64,000 nt of DNA from Promethearchaeia archaeon (GCA_029856045.1 JAHQWG010000047.1:32001-96000), one strand, 5' to 3'. Shown: positions 1 through 10,567, numbered from the stretch's first letter. The notes: generated by a model from the letters alone, not told the origin. Numbers and translations are program-made.

Positions 1-1
1 A

Positions 2-571
2 CACAGTCAATTGATGTATTATAAAGATGATAACAATACTCATCGTAAAGGGATTGTATATTTAAAACGAAAAGATAAGAAAACTGGAAAGATATACATT
101 GGTAAAATAGAATATAAAGGGACAAACATAGATTATAAGACTAAATACACTTCTGAAGATGGTGATAATGATATATTTGGTTATTTAAAGGATAAAACTG
201 CTAGTAAATTACTAGATGGTAAATTTCATTCAAATAGCGAATGGATGGACGGCACATATCATCTTGATTTTCCAATGTATCCTGATTTAATTCCACGTCA
301 TTTTAAAAACCCTCGAAGTGGTGATATTATCCTAAGCACCGATGGGAGTGTTATTTTTAATATTACCCATGGTAAGCGAAAAAGTGAAAATATTTATTTC
401 CATGATTTGGGTCTTAGAGACTGTGCAATTGTGCCTTTATTAATTGGAGGTTCTTCAGAAATTTCTCATAAAGAAATTCCTTATTGTGCAACAACAGATA
501 TTGTTCCAACATTATTACAAATGCTAGGTAGAAAAGCACATCCAAGCATGGTTGGAAGCTCTTTGATTTAA
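2..571 (+). CDS. Alkaline phosphatase superfamily (nucleotide pyrophosphatase/phosphodiesterase-like) protein, 5'-truncated by window edge
   Basis: Frame open to window start. C-terminal GDIILS...HDL...TTDIVPTLL motifs; clear paralog of 43965..45491. Confidence 0.8.
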   Translation, partial: HSQLMYYKDDNNTHRKGIVYLKRKDKKTGKIYIGKIEYKGTNIDYKTKYTSEDGDNDIFGYLKDKTASKLLDGKFHSNSEWMDGTYHLDFPMYPDLIPRHFKNPRSGDIILSTDGSVIFNITHGKRKSENIYFHDLGLRDCAIVPLLIGGSSEISHKEIPYCATTDIVPTLLQMLGRKAHPSMVGSSLI

Positions 572-592
572 TTTTTTGGTTGCATTAATATT

Positions 593-3310
593 TCATATTT
601 TAATAATGAAGCTCAATATCTCTTGTGGATTTGATTCATAAGTAAATGAATTGTCATTCTCAATCTTCATCTCCTCAATTGGTAATTCTAATAAATTTAC
701 TTTTTTAACATTCTTAATTTTTTGATTGAATTTTACTGTACCTTTTGATTTTTTTCCAGATGTTTCTAATAATCTAATTAAGAGTCCATTATTTCCATCT
801 TCAGGTTTTTTAATTGATGTTACTATAAAATTTTCGGGTTCAATTGAAAAAAGACTAAATTCACTTCCTAATTTGCCCTTATTATGCTTGATCTTCCGAA
901 CAATCAAGGGTATGTTAAAATTTTGAGCTTCTCTAGCTATTAGGTTATTAGAAAAATCACCATTGTGTAAATATAAAGAGTATTTAAATGTATGATCTCC
1001 AATTGCATAAGCTTTAGGAATCCTATAAAAAGGTCCAGCCATGGCGGGAACAGTTCCATATATTATATTTGTAAGTAATCCAGTACTTCGCATTAGAGTC
1101 AGGAGGCAGGAGTCTTTATTTTTGCCAATTTCATATTCTGGTATTCCATAATTTATAATTGAAACTCCTTTTTTCTCCTTAATATTCGAAAAGTCCATCC
1201 AATTAATAACAGGTTTTATTCTATCATAATGTTCAAAATGTTTATTTATTTCCTTCCATGATTTTCCCACTTTTGGTTCAATATTTCGCTCAATAAATCC
1301 ATATGGAATTTCAGATCTTATAGTAGGGTTTGATATAGGTATTGGAAAACATGCTTGAATACGAATGTTTCTTATGTTATTGTAAAATATAGTAATAAAA
1401 TCAATTCTTACATCACCAAAATTAGGCATTATGATATATTGAGTGATTTCGTTAATTGATTTAAATAAAATCTTACTTTTGCATTTTAATTTCGCATTTA
1501 ATTTAACGACGGTTCTAACTGGTCCTTTTTCGAGAACTTCCAGTTGAAGATCATACATATGATGGATTTTTCCAATTCTTCCAATGTAATAACCATCTCC
1601 TCGATCATTGTGTATTCTTAAACCTCCAATTGAATATTTTCCTTTAGAATTAAGCTCAAATTTATCTTTTTTATTAAAAATACTAATTAATTTTCCATCT
1701 TTAAAACTCAATCTAAGAATATTATTTTCAATAGTTAGGGTGCTGATTTTTTTTTTTTCTAATATAGATTGCCCCTGATTTAAAGATTGGTTTTTCCTAA
1801 TGGAATATGAGGTATAACCGATTGGAGGAATATCTTTAGCCAAGAAAATGTAAGAATTTTCTTTCTCATTGATTTTTTCTTTTTGATAAGGGATTTGTTT
1901 ACCAATTTGATTTAATATACTAAATTCTTTTATTTCATTGGGTATTTTTATCTTTTCAATGCTTGTGCGTTCCCAAGAGAGTGGATTGAAGATTAAAAGG
2001 GGCATATCATTTTTTAAGATATTAGATGTATCTATATTTTTAATGAAATAACTTAATGCACTTTTAAATAGTCTTTTTAATTGTAATTCCGAGAGTTTTA
2101 ATTGCTTCATTATATTATCATATGCTGCATCTATATGAACTCCAGTTATTCCATCATGGAAATCACAACAAAGAATTCGATTAATAGCCTTATTAATTTC
2201 TTCTTTAGGATAAGGAATATTATTTAATAAATTGGATAATGTCGAAGATAATTCTGTTAAGTAAAATTGATTCTCTAAGAAACGTATTTGGTGCTTTAAT
2301 TTAGGTCGATTACCAAACGTTCCTGGGAATAAATCTGGAGGTCCTAAAAATTCATAGTTTTCTACAACACCAAATTTCTTCCTTGATTTTTTTAGAGCAG
2401 AGTGAAATTCTGAAGGAATTGCAATAATTACTTTATTTTTCTTATTTTTTTTGTTATAATAATCAACTGCATCAAGGATATTGGTACTCGGAGGAAGATT
2501 ATCTGTTCCATTTAAAATTAGAATATTATCAGTAGTTGACCTAACAATTCTATTTTTAATTGAAAACTTTAAGCCCCCCATATCCAATCCGAATACTGAA
2601 ATTCCTAACCCGGTGTTTGATAATCTACGAAAAATGTATTTAAATGGAGGAAAAATTTTTATTAAAAATTCATACACTCTGAAATTTTGTGGGATTACTT
2701 GGAGAGTTCCGGGAATTGGAACGAATGGAAAAATAGGAGGTAAAATCGTCATTGCAAAAGGAGGAGGTATATATGTATAAGTTGAATACATCCAATGAGT
2801 AAGAATTTTGGAACCATCGAAACTTTTCCACCAAAATTCTTGTGGGAGGCTTCTATTTCTTGCTCCTCTAACAAAAATAAAAAATTCAAAACCAGCTTTT
2901 TTTAATATCTGTGGAAGTTGGGGTGTTTGACCAAATGAATCAATAAGATATGCAATCTTTGAATCGATTCCAAAATGTTTTTTAAAATACCTACAACCAT
3001 ATAAAAATTGCCTTACAAGGCTTTCCCCGTTGGGTAAGAGAGTATCCGGAGCTACAATATCTCCTCCAATTAACTCAATTTTCCTTTCTTTCACCCGCTG
3101 TTGGAGTTCTTCCCACATATCAGGATGATTTATGCGAAAATATTCACAAGCCATCACTGAATCAATAATATAACGATATTTTTCATGTTTTCTCATAATC
3201 AGTAAGGCTTCTTTTATCAACTTAGCATTTTTGCTGCCCATTCCATCAGGTGTATCACACCATAAATAATCATAGTGAGAATGTGGAGATAAAAATATTT
3301 TTTTTCCCAT
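593..3310 (-). CDS. Glycoside hydrolase family 38 (alpha-mannosidase)
   Basis: HSHYDYLW Zn motif, IDSFGQ nucleophile, NGTDN, DFHD; 905 aa GH38 architecture. Confidence 0.9.
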   Translation of the reverse strand: MGKKIFLSPHSHYDYLWCDTPDGMGSKNAKLIKEALLIMRKHEKYRYIIDSVMACEYFRINHPDMWEELQQRVKERKIELIGGDIVAPDTLLPNGESLVRQFLYGCRYFKKHFGIDSKIAYLIDSFGQTPQLPQILKKAGFEFFIFVRGARNRSLPQEFWWKSFDGSKILTHWMYSTYTYIPPPFAMTILPPIFPFVPIPGTLQVIPQNFRVYEFLIKIFPPFKYIFRRLSNTGLGISVFGLDMGGLKFSIKNRIVRSTTDNILILNGTDNLPPSTNILDAVDYYNKKNKKNKVIIAIPSEFHSALKKSRKKFGVVENYEFLGPPDLFPGTFGNRPKLKHQIRFLENQFYLTELSSTLSNLLNNIPYPKEEINKAINRILCCDFHDGITGVHIDAAYDNIMKQLKLSELQLKRLFKSALSYFIKNIDTSNILKNDMPLLIFNPLSWERTSIEKIKIPNEIKEFSILNQIGKQIPYQKEKINEKENSYIFLAKDIPPIGYTSYSIRKNQSLNQGQSILEKKKISTLTIENNILRLSFKDGKLISIFNKKDKFELNSKGKYSIGGLRIHNDRGDGYYIGRIGKIHHMYDLQLEVLEKGPVRTVVKLNAKLKCKSKILFKSINEITQYIIMPNFGDVRIDFITIFYNNIRNIRIQACFPIPISNPTIRSEIPYGFIERNIEPKVGKSWKEINKHFEHYDRIKPVINWMDFSNIKEKKGVSIINYGIPEYEIGKNKDSCLLTLMRSTGLLTNIIYGTVPAMAGPFYRIPKAYAIGDHTFKYSLYLHNGDFSNNLIAREAQNFNIPLIVRKIKHNKGKLGSEFSLFSIEPENFIVTSIKKPEDGNNGLLIRLLETSGKKSKGTVKFNQKIKNVKKVNLLELPIEEMKIENDNSFTYESNPQEILSFIIKI

Positions 3311-3339
3311 TTTTAAAAACCTTACTTCATTACATTCTT

Positions 3340-3720
3340 TTAATCATAGTATACAATCATTTGAATTACACCTAAAATAGCAAGGCTCAAATCTATAAAA
3401 AAGTCTGCTGTAAAAGATAAAGTAAACAAATTAATGATTACAATTATTGGAAAATAAATTGCACAATAAAATAAAAATGGTTGGGAAATTATTCCACCCC
3501 AACCCCAGCGATCCTTCCTTAAAAACTCACAAATTGCCCAGAACCCCAAGATTGGCCAAAATAGACCTATAATATCTATAAATTCGGAATAGGGAAAAAA
3601 TTTAAATAATAATAATATACAATTAGCAAAATAAATCCCGCTTAAAGTAAAGGTATATTTCTTGGATTCACTCATAGTTAAAGATAAGTTTGAGAATATA
3701 TTAATTTGTTTAAGTTTCAT
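3340..3720 (-). CDS. Small membrane protein (about 4 TM), hypothetical
   Basis: Hydrophobic 126-aa ORF; real start probably at MSESKK. Confidence 0.6.
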   Translation of the reverse strand: MKLKQINIFSNLSLTMSESKKYTFTLSGIYFANCILLLFKFFPYSEFIDIIGLFWPILGFWAICEFLRKDRWGWGGIISQPFLFYCAIYFPIIVIINLFTLSFTADFFIDLSLAILGVIQMIVYYD

Positions 3721-3784
3721 TCAATAAAATTAAAATAAATGTGAAATTAAAAAAAACAATTAGAAATAGAAATTATTGGTTTAA

Positions 3785-4228
3785 ATGTCTGTCAATGAAG
3801 AAAGAGATAAACAAATCAAGGAAAAACTTCGGGGAATAGAAGATTATATTGAAGTTGCTGTGAGAGCTGAAGATGTAGATTTTATGTCCATCGTGCATTT
3901 TAATGAATATCTAAATTATTTTGATTTTGGATTTGTGAGTATTACCTCTAAATTAAATTTTAATGTATTCGAATCTGTTAAAAGTGGCATCGTATTTCCT
4001 GTGAAAAAAGTTGAAATTGAATATGTAAATTCTGCCATTTTTGGGGATATTATAAAAGTTCATAGTCGTCTTTTAAAAATTGGTAATAATTCTATGACAT
4101 TTAATCATGAATGTTATAGGAAATCAGATAATGTATTATTAACAAAAGGTGTAATGGTAAGATTAATTATGGATATGAATACTAATAAATTGATTAAAAT
4201 TTCCGATTTTTTTAACGACATCATATGA
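3785..4228 (+). CDS. Acyl-CoA thioesterase (4HBT/YbgC hotdog family)
   Basis: VRAEDVDFMSIVHFNEYLNYFD motif. Confidence 0.85.
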   Translation: MSVNEERDKQIKEKLRGIEDYIEVAVRAEDVDFMSIVHFNEYLNYFDFGFVSITSKLNFNVFESVKSGIVFPVKKVEIEYVNSAIFGDIIKVHSRLLKIGNNSMTFNHECYRKSDNVLLTKGVMVRLIMDMNTNKLIKISDFFNDII

Positions 4229-4386
4229 ATTTTAAAATTAAATTCAAATATTGAACAATTTTTGTTTTTAAAACTAATTTAAAATAAATTTAATTGAAAA
4301 AATTATATCAATTTTAGGGTAAAATTTTAGTTTTATTTAAAAACATAGATATTGATGAAACAAAAAAGAACTATGATTTGATTTAA

Positions 4387-4632
4387 TTGTCAGAAAATAA
4401 GAAAATGAATTTTAACAGCGAAAACTCTAAAAAAAAAAGCGCCATAATTGCCAACCGAATGGAAGAGCATTGGTCGGGTAATGGTGGAAGTGCTTCAGAG
4501 ATGCATATGATTAATATCCAGTTAAAGTCTAAAGGAAATGAAAATAAAAGCCTAATAATAAAATTGAAAGCAAACAAGATTTCTGATGAAATTTTAAATG
4601 ATCTTCCAGCTTTAGTTAGGAAATTTTTCTAA
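4387..4632 (+). CDS. Hypothetical protein
   Basis: 81-aa ORF in an otherwise non-coding gap. Confidence 0.45.
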   Translation: MSENKKMNFNSENSKKKSAIIANRMEEHWSGNGGSASEMHMINIQLKSKGNENKSLIIKLKANKISDEILNDLPALVRKFF

Positions 4633-4710
4633 TATTAGATATAATTAATTTTACTTGGGATTATTTTTTAAAAAAGTTAAATTTAAATATTAATTTATAT
4701 TTTTTTATTA

Positions 4711-4724
4711 TGAATAATTATTCA
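4711..4724. promoter_or_regulatory. Perfect palindrome TGAATAATTATTCA, candidate operator
   Basis: 14-bp perfect inverted repeat about 45 nt upstream of the DUF5320/NifB-NifX operon. Confidence 0.5.
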
Positions 4725-4767
4725 GAATTAAAATAAAAAAATTAAAAAAAGGAAGTGTATGTAAAAA

Positions 4768-5184
4768 ATGCCAGGTGGAGATAGAACTGGTCCTGGTGGT
4801 TTGGGACCAATGACAGGAAGGGCTTTAGGGTATTGTGCAGGTTATTCTACTCCAGGATATACAAAAGGCGGCGGTTTGGGTCTTGGCTGGGGTAGAGGTT
4901 GGGGAAGAGGTAGAGGTTATGGAAGAGGCATGGGATGGGGTAGAGGTTATGGAAGAGGTCTTGGGATTTATCCAGGATATCCGATAACAGCTCCGGTATA
5001 TTCACCTATCACAGCAGGTTATCCTGTGGCTCCAGGAGTATCGCCTCAATCAGAATCTGCCATGCTAGAACAAGAAAGAAAATTTCTTGAGGCAGAATTA
5101 AATTCAATGAAAGGTGCGCTAGGAGATATTGATAAAAGGCTTTCAGAATTACAGAAAAACCAAACATCAGAAAAATCAGAATAA
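4768..5184 (+). CDS. DUF5320 family protein
   Basis: MPGGDRTGPGGLGPMTGRALGYCAG N-terminus, GRG repeats, C-terminal coiled coil. Confidence 0.9.
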   Translation: MPGGDRTGPGGLGPMTGRALGYCAGYSTPGYTKGGGLGLGWGRGWGRGRGYGRGMGWGRGYGRGLGIYPGYPITAPVYSPITAGYPVAPGVSPQSESAMLEQERKFLEAELNSMKGALGDIDKRLSELQKNQTSEKSE

Positions 5185-5255
5185 ATTTTTTTTTTTTTAT
5201 AATTTTTTATAAGAAAATTTTTAAATCATATTCAAATACAAATATTAAAAATAAA

Positions 5256-5759
5256 GTGGAATTATTAATTATGGTAGATAGAATTATTGCAGTGCCTACT
5301 TTTGGAGAAGGAGGTCTTCAGTCCTTTATTAATCCACGATTTGGTAGGTGTGAATCATTTACATTTGTTAAGCTCCTCAATAATGAAATTGCATCCGTGA
5401 ATGTTGTTAGTAATGCAGCTGCAGGAGCAATGGGTGGTGCTGGAATTCAATCAGCACAGATATTAGGAAATAATGGTGCAACAGAAGTTATTGTTGGACA
5501 GTTAGGTCCAAATGCATTTTATGGACTTAATTCATTAAATTTAACAATATACCAAATAGGGCAACAAAATATAACGGTTAATGAAGCAATTAAATTACTT
5601 ATTGAAGGAAAACTTACTCCTTTAAGTAATGCAAATGTTGGAGCACATTATGGAGTTGGTGGAGGCATGGGCGGTGGTGGAGGCATGGGCGGTGGTCGAG
5701 GCATGGGCGGTGGTCGAGGCATGGGTGGCGGGGGCGGTATGGGACGACGCCAATCTTAA
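5256..5759 (+). CDS. NifB/NifX family Fe-Mo cofactor-binding domain protein
   Basis: PRFGRC, GGAGIQ, GPNA motifs; Gly/Met tail. Confidence 0.88.
   Translation: MELLIMVDRIIAVPTFGEGGLQSFINPRFGRCESFTFVKLLNNEIASVNVVSNAAAGAMGGAGIQSAQILGNNGATEVIVGQLGPNAFYGLNSLNLTIYQIGQQNITVNEAIKLLIEGKLTPLSNANVGAHYGVGGGMGGGGGMGGGRGMGGGRGMGGGGGMGRRQS
5661..5744 (+). repeat. Coding tandem repeat, 18-bp unit (SGAGGCATGGGCGGTGGT), about 4 copies
   Basis: Directly visible; encodes (G/R)GMGGG repeats. Confidence 0.8.
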
Positions 5760-5797
5760 CTATTTTTTCATATTAGATACAAAAAAGAATAAACGTT

Positions 5798-6718
5798 ATG
5801 AAACCAAAAATAATTGCTGTAACCGGTGGGAAAGGAGGAACCGGAAAGACTTTAATTGCCGTTAATTTTGCTATAATGTTTAAAAATCTTGGTAAGAAGG
5901 TATTATTAATCGATTGTGATGTTGATAATCCCAATACTTATTTGTTATTAAGTGGAAAATTAGAAAATCAAAAAGAAGTGCCTTTTTTTCTTCCTGAATT
6001 TAATAACGATATATGCACGAAATGTGGATTATGTTCAGAAAATTGCATGGCTCATGCAATACTTCAGGTAAAAGATCAATATCCTATTCCAATGTTAACA
6101 TTATGTTCAGGATGCAAATTGTGTTATAAATTATGTCCAGTCAAGGCGATTATATCTAGTTCAAAAATAATCGGATGGACATATGAAACAAAAATTAGAG
6201 ATATAGATTTATGGGTTGGGGAATTAAAAGTTGGAGAAGCACGTTCAGCTGCAATTATAGAAAAATTAATTGACAACATGGAAAAGGAAATAGAAACAAA
6301 TCCTGACAAATATGATATTGTTATTTTAGATACAGCGCCAGGAGCCCATTGTGATGTTGAGAAAGGAATCTCAACCGCAGATTATGTAATCAGTGTAACG
6401 GAACCAACTCCTTTTGGTGCTCTTGACTTAAGAAGAATAATAAAACTCATAAAATTATTAGGTAAATCGACTAAAGTTATACTAAATCGTTCATCATTAC
6501 TTGGAAATAAAGAAATTTTTTTAAGAGAATTAAGTAGTGATGGAATAAACGCATTAGGAGATATTCCATTAGATAAGGAAATTGTCAATTCCTATGCAAT
6601 TGGCGTGCCAATAATGGATGAAAATACTAAATTTGATACTAATGGAAAAGGATATATAGGTTTCGAAAGGGTTTTTAATAATTTACTTGAATGGACAAAT
6701 ATCAAAGGAGAGGCGTAA
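5798..6718 (+). CDS. MinD/ParA-like P-loop ATPase with inserted 2x[4Fe-4S] ferredoxin domain
   Basis: GKGGTGKT, DCDVDNPN, two CxxCxxCxxxC motifs, DTAPG, VTEPTPFG. Confidence 0.9.
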   Translation: MKPKIIAVTGGKGGTGKTLIAVNFAIMFKNLGKKVLLIDCDVDNPNTYLLLSGKLENQKEVPFFLPEFNNDICTKCGLCSENCMAHAILQVKDQYPIPMLTLCSGCKLCYKLCPVKAIISSSKIIGWTYETKIRDIDLWVGELKVGEARSAAIIEKLIDNMEKEIETNPDKYDIVILDTAPGAHCDVEKGISTADYVISVTEPTPFGALDLRRIIKLIKLLGKSTKVILNRSSLLGNKEIFLRELSSDGINALGDIPLDKEIVNSYAIGVPIMDENTKFDTNGKGYIGFERVFNNLLEWTNIKGEA

Positions 6719-7653
6719 TAAAGCTGAGTCAGAGTGAACCATTTAAAATAGGTATCTTAAGCGGAAAGGGAGGAGTCGGAAAAACTTCTATTGCTGCATC
6801 TTTGGGATATCTGGCAAGGAAAGATCCAGAGATTAAAGGTGTAATTTTATTAGATTGTGATGTAGATGCACCAAATTTAGCTTTACTATTCAAATCGAAG
6901 AGTGATATTGTGAACAAAGACTTATATACTACATTAAAAGCTAATTTTCTGGAAGAGAAATGTGTGCATTGTAAAAAATGTATTGACGAACATTATTGTG
7001 AATTTAATGCACTAAATTGGAATGATGAACAACAAATTCCAATTATAGATTATCTTTCATGTGAAGGCTGTGGAGCGTGCGCATATTTATGTCCTGAAAA
7101 AGCATTTTTAATTGAAGCAGTAAAGAGTGGAGCAATTAAATCTTATACAACAATAAATGATATACCTTTAATATACGGCGAAACTATATTAGGCTCTACA
7201 ACTTCAGGTAAGACGGTTACTGAATGTAAGAATTTTGCTGAAGAAGTAAATAAATCAATTTCTGCACAGTTAGAAGTAATAGACGGACCACCTGGAATTG
7301 GATGCCCGGTAATTGCAACAATTTCCGGACTTAACTATGTTATTGCTATTGTAGAACCTACACCCTCTGCTTTACACGATGTGATACGAGTGATTGAAGT
7401 AGCTAATCAATTTAAAATTCCATTTAGTATTATTGTAAATAAAGCAGATTTAGAAAGTGAATTTCAAGAAAAATTTAAGCAATATATAAGAGAAAATAAC
7501 TATAATGTTATTGGGAGAATTCCTTTTGATTTTTCCGTGGCACGGGCCATTTCAAATGCACAACCAGTTGTTGAATATGCCCCAAACTCAAGCGCAAGTA
7601 TTGCTATAAAAGGGATATATAAAAATATTAAAAATATAATACAAAAAGCATAA
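6691..7653 (+). CDS. MinD/ParA-like P-loop ATPase with 4Fe-4S domain (paralog of the preceding gene)
   Basis: SGKGGVGKT, DCDVDAPN, CEGCGAC, DGPPGIGCP. Real start probably near 6718-6724. Confidence 0.9.
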   Translation: MDKYQRRGVIKLSQSEPFKIGILSGKGGVGKTSIAASLGYLARKDPEIKGVILLDCDVDAPNLALLFKSKSDIVNKDLYTTLKANFLEEKCVHCKKCIDEHYCEFNALNWNDEQQIPIIDYLSCEGCGACAYLCPEKAFLIEAVKSGAIKSYTTINDIPLIYGETILGSTTSGKTVTECKNFAEEVNKSISAQLEVIDGPPGIGCPVIATISGLNYVIAIVEPTPSALHDVIRVIEVANQFKIPFSIIVNKADLESEFQEKFKQYIRENNYNVIGRIPFDFSVARAISNAQPVVEYAPNSSASIAIKGIYKNIKNIIQKA

Positions 7654-7724
7654 TTATTTTTTATAAAAATTGAATATAAATAAAATTGTAAATTTATAAA
7701 TTTAAAATATAAGGTGTAAATAAT

Positions 7725-8105
7725 ATGAGAGTTGCAATTAGTACAGATTCTGGAACAGTTTCTGCACATTTTGGAAGATGCCCTTCCTATACTTTATTAG
7801 ATATCGAAAATGGAGAAATAATTAATCGAACTGAGATTGGTAATCCAGGTCACGCTACTGGAGCTATTCCTCAATTTTTGAGCCAAAATGGAGTAAATGT
7901 TATGATCGCGGGTGGGATGGGATGGCGTGCTCAAGATTTTTTCAAACAATATGGAATAGATGTAATTCTTGGAATTACTGGAAGAATCGATAATGTCATC
8001 CAAAAAATAAAAGATGGAACATTAGAAGGAGGAGAAAGTTTGTGTTCTCCAGGTGGTGGAAAGGGTTACGGAATTGCAAAAGAAGATGGACATTCTCATG
8101 AGTAA
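7725..8105 (+). CDS. NifB/NifX family protein
   Basis: VSAHFGRC, GGMG motifs. Confidence 0.9.
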   Translation: MRVAISTDSGTVSAHFGRCPSYTLLDIENGEIINRTEIGNPGHATGAIPQFLSQNGVNVMIAGGMGWRAQDFFKQYGIDVILGITGRIDNVIQKIKDGTLEGGESLCSPGGGKGYGIAKEDGHSHE

Positions 8106-8162
8106 AATATAAAGGAAATATTTAAAGACAAAATTTTTATTTTTCTTTAATTTCTTTTTACT

Positions 8163-8609
8163 ATGAATAATCTGAATGATCAATTCGAAGAATTCATCAA
8201 AAACCTCCAAAAGGAGATTGACGAAGAAGAGTCCAAGATATTTTCTAGACGAGTGATTGAGTTATCTCATAATCCTAAAAATTGGGGAAAAATGGAAAAT
8301 CCAACAGTCGAAGATAAATTCTTAGGACCTTGCGGAGATACAATGCAATTTTTTTTAAAAATCAACAAAAAAGAGAATATTATAGAGAAAATAACTTTTG
8401 TAACTGATGGTTGTGGGCCCTCAGTTGCTTCGGGAAGCCAACTCACGATTATGGCAGAAAATAAAAGTATTGAAGAGACCTTAAAAATTACACCTGATGA
8501 TATTTTAAAAGTACTAGAAGGATTACCTTCAAGTCATACTCATTGTCCTGTTCTCGCTATAAATACATTACAGAAAGTATTAAAAAAATATCTTGAAAGT
8601 AAAAAATAG
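8163..8609 (+). CDS. NifU/IscU-like Fe-S scaffold protein
   Basis: GPCGD, DGC, HCP cysteine triad. Confidence 0.88.
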   Translation: MNNLNDQFEEFIKNLQKEIDEEESKIFSRRVIELSHNPKNWGKMENPTVEDKFLGPCGDTMQFFLKINKKENIIEKITFVTDGCGPSVASGSQLTIMAENKSIEETLKITPDDILKVLEGLPSSHTHCPVLAINTLQKVLKKYLESKK

Positions 8610-8610
8610 C

Positions 8611-9054
8611 TTAAGGCATTTGTTGCAACAAATCTTTTTTTAAAAAATACACATTTTTTGATTTACATTCAGGACATACTAAAGATTCTTTATTGATTTC
8701 TGATGCTTGTTTATCTTCCCATTCGTTCATACAATTCAAACAACCGTATCCAAAAAAGAATTTTTTTATTCCGATGGAACCACCTGCAATTCGAATTGCC
8801 TTACCGTGTATTAATGCCTCTGCAATTTTTTTATGGGCCAAATCTAATACTCGAGAGAAAGTAGGTTGTGAGATATTCATCAGTTCAGCACATTCTATCT
8901 GTGTTTTTCCTTCATGATGTTTCAATCTCATTGCCTCAAATTCTGCAACAGTTAAAATTACTTCAAAACCTTTTTGAAAAGTATCACCGTGGGGTCTAAA
9001 ATACGTAAAATCTGGAAATTTTTCAATGTGGCGAATTCTATGAGGTCTTCCCAT
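8611..9054 (-). CDS. DUF134 HTH protein with C-terminal zinc ribbon (probable regulator of the adjacent operon)
   Basis: MGRP...EFEAMRL...ISQPTFSR...A.ALI.G; CLNC and CPEC. Confidence 0.88.
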   Translation of the reverse strand: MGRPHRIRHIEKFPDFTYFRPHGDTFQKGFEVILTVAEFEAMRLKHHEGKTQIECAELMNISQPTFSRVLDLAHKKIAEALIHGKAIRIAGGSIGIKKFFFGYGCLNCMNEWEDKQASEINKESLVCPECKSKNVYFLKKDLLQQMP

Positions 9055-9327
9055 ATCCCATCATTTAGAAATATAAAATTACTATTTTTTTTTTTTTAAA
9101 AATTTAATACTTACTATCTTTTTATCTATACAAGTTATAAATTAAAAATTTATATCTTATAAAATAAAAAAGTATTATCAAACTTATTATTTTAATTATT
9201 TATAGTCAGATTTTTTATTAATTCGGCACCTCTAAGAAATAAAAAATTAATTTTTAATTAATAAGTCATTGAAGTAAAATATTTAATAGTTCTCACATAT
9301 TTCATCTTCAAATTTTTAACTTTTAGG

Positions 9328-10512
9328 GTGTTTAGTATAAAAATTGAATTAGCAGATCGTGTTAAAAAATTACCTGAATACATTTTTACGGCAATAAAAG
9401 AACTCAAGTTGAAAAAAGAAAGAGAGGGAATGGATTTAATTTCACTCGGGATAGGAGATCCAGATTTAACAACTCCCGAATTTATACTTAATGAAATGAT
9501 TGAACAAGTTAAATTACCAAAAAATCAGAATTATCCAGCAAGTATGGGAGAGGAAGATTTTAGAACTGCAGTAGCTAATTGGTATAAAGTACGGTTTGGA
9601 TTGGATTTTAACCCCGAAAATGAGATTTCAAATTTAATAGGTGGAAAAGAAGGAGTTGCAAATATAGCCAGAGCTTTTATTAACCCGGGCGATATAGTTT
9701 TATGTCCAAATCCTGGGTATCCGGTTTATGAAAATGGTGCCACAAAATTCTGTGATGGTAAGCCATATCTAATGCCATTATTAAAAGAAAATAATTTTCT
9801 TCCGGATTTAGAGATAATAGAGACAAATATTCTCAGAAAAGCTAAAATGATGTATTTAAATTACCCAAATAACCCAACTGGGGCGATTGCACCAATAAAT
9901 TTCCTTAAAAAAGTTGTTGATTATGCGGAAGATTATAATTTTTTTATTGTCTATGATAATCCCTATTCTGAATTCACATTTAACGATTATATCGCCCCAA
10001 CCCTTTTACAAATTAACCAGAATCATATAGAGATTAACTCTGCTTCAAAAATGTTTTGTATGACTGGATTTAGATGTGGTTGGGCAGCTGGAGATGATTA
10101 TTTAATTAGTGGATTAAGGAAGATAAAATCTCAAATTGACTCAGGGTGTCCTATTTTTATCCAGAAGGCTGTTATCAAAGGTTTAAATGAATATAAATCG
10201 GAAAAAAAACCAAAATTTGTGGAAAAAAATATGAAAATATATGAAAAAAGACGAGATGTCTTAATAAATGGATTAAATGAAATTGGATGGAAAACTGAAA
10301 AACCACAAGCAACTTTTTATGTTTGGACACCAATCCCTCCAGGTAAAAAGAGTTGCATGGATTTTGTGAAAAATCTGATAGAAGTTGGTGTTGTTATTAC
10401 TCCAGGAATTGGATTTGGTCAATATGGAGAAGGTTTTGTTAGATTTGCGTTAACTCAACCAATAGAGAGAATCAAAGAAGCATTAGAAAGAATTTCACAA
10501 ATTATTAATTGA
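9328..10512 (+). CDS. dapL: Class I/II PLP aminotransferase, LL-diaminopimelate aminotransferase-like
   Basis: LGIGDPD, GGKEG, YPVY, LNYPNNPTG, SASKMFCMTGFRCG. Start may be ATA at 9337. Confidence 0.75.
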   Translation: MFSIKIELADRVKKLPEYIFTAIKELKLKKEREGMDLISLGIGDPDLTTPEFILNEMIEQVKLPKNQNYPASMGEEDFRTAVANWYKVRFGLDFNPENEISNLIGGKEGVANIARAFINPGDIVLCPNPGYPVYENGATKFCDGKPYLMPLLKENNFLPDLEIIETNILRKAKMMYLNYPNNPTGAIAPINFLKKVVDYAEDYNFFIVYDNPYSEFTFNDYIAPTLLQINQNHIEINSASKMFCMTGFRCGWAAGDDYLISGLRKIKSQIDSGCPIFIQKAVIKGLNEYKSEKKPKFVEKNMKIYEKRRDVLINGLNEIGWKTEKPQATFYVWTPIPPGKKSCMDFVKNLIEVGVVITPGIGFGQYGEGFVRFALTQPIERIKEALERISQIIN

Positions 10513-10567
10513 AGTTTAAAAAAATTCCTGATAAAAGATTTCTTAATACAAAATAGGATGTAAATTT

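Noticed and set aside
5661-5744. Possible CRISPR-like repeat
   Set aside because: No spacers; it is an in-frame coding repeat.
5629-5865. ORF with VVEAWA repeats
   Set aside because: Alternate-frame reading of the Gly/Met tandem repeat.
4768-8609. Nitrogen fixation cluster
   Set aside because: No nifH/D/K; NifX-like and NifU-like domains occur widely outside diazotrophs.
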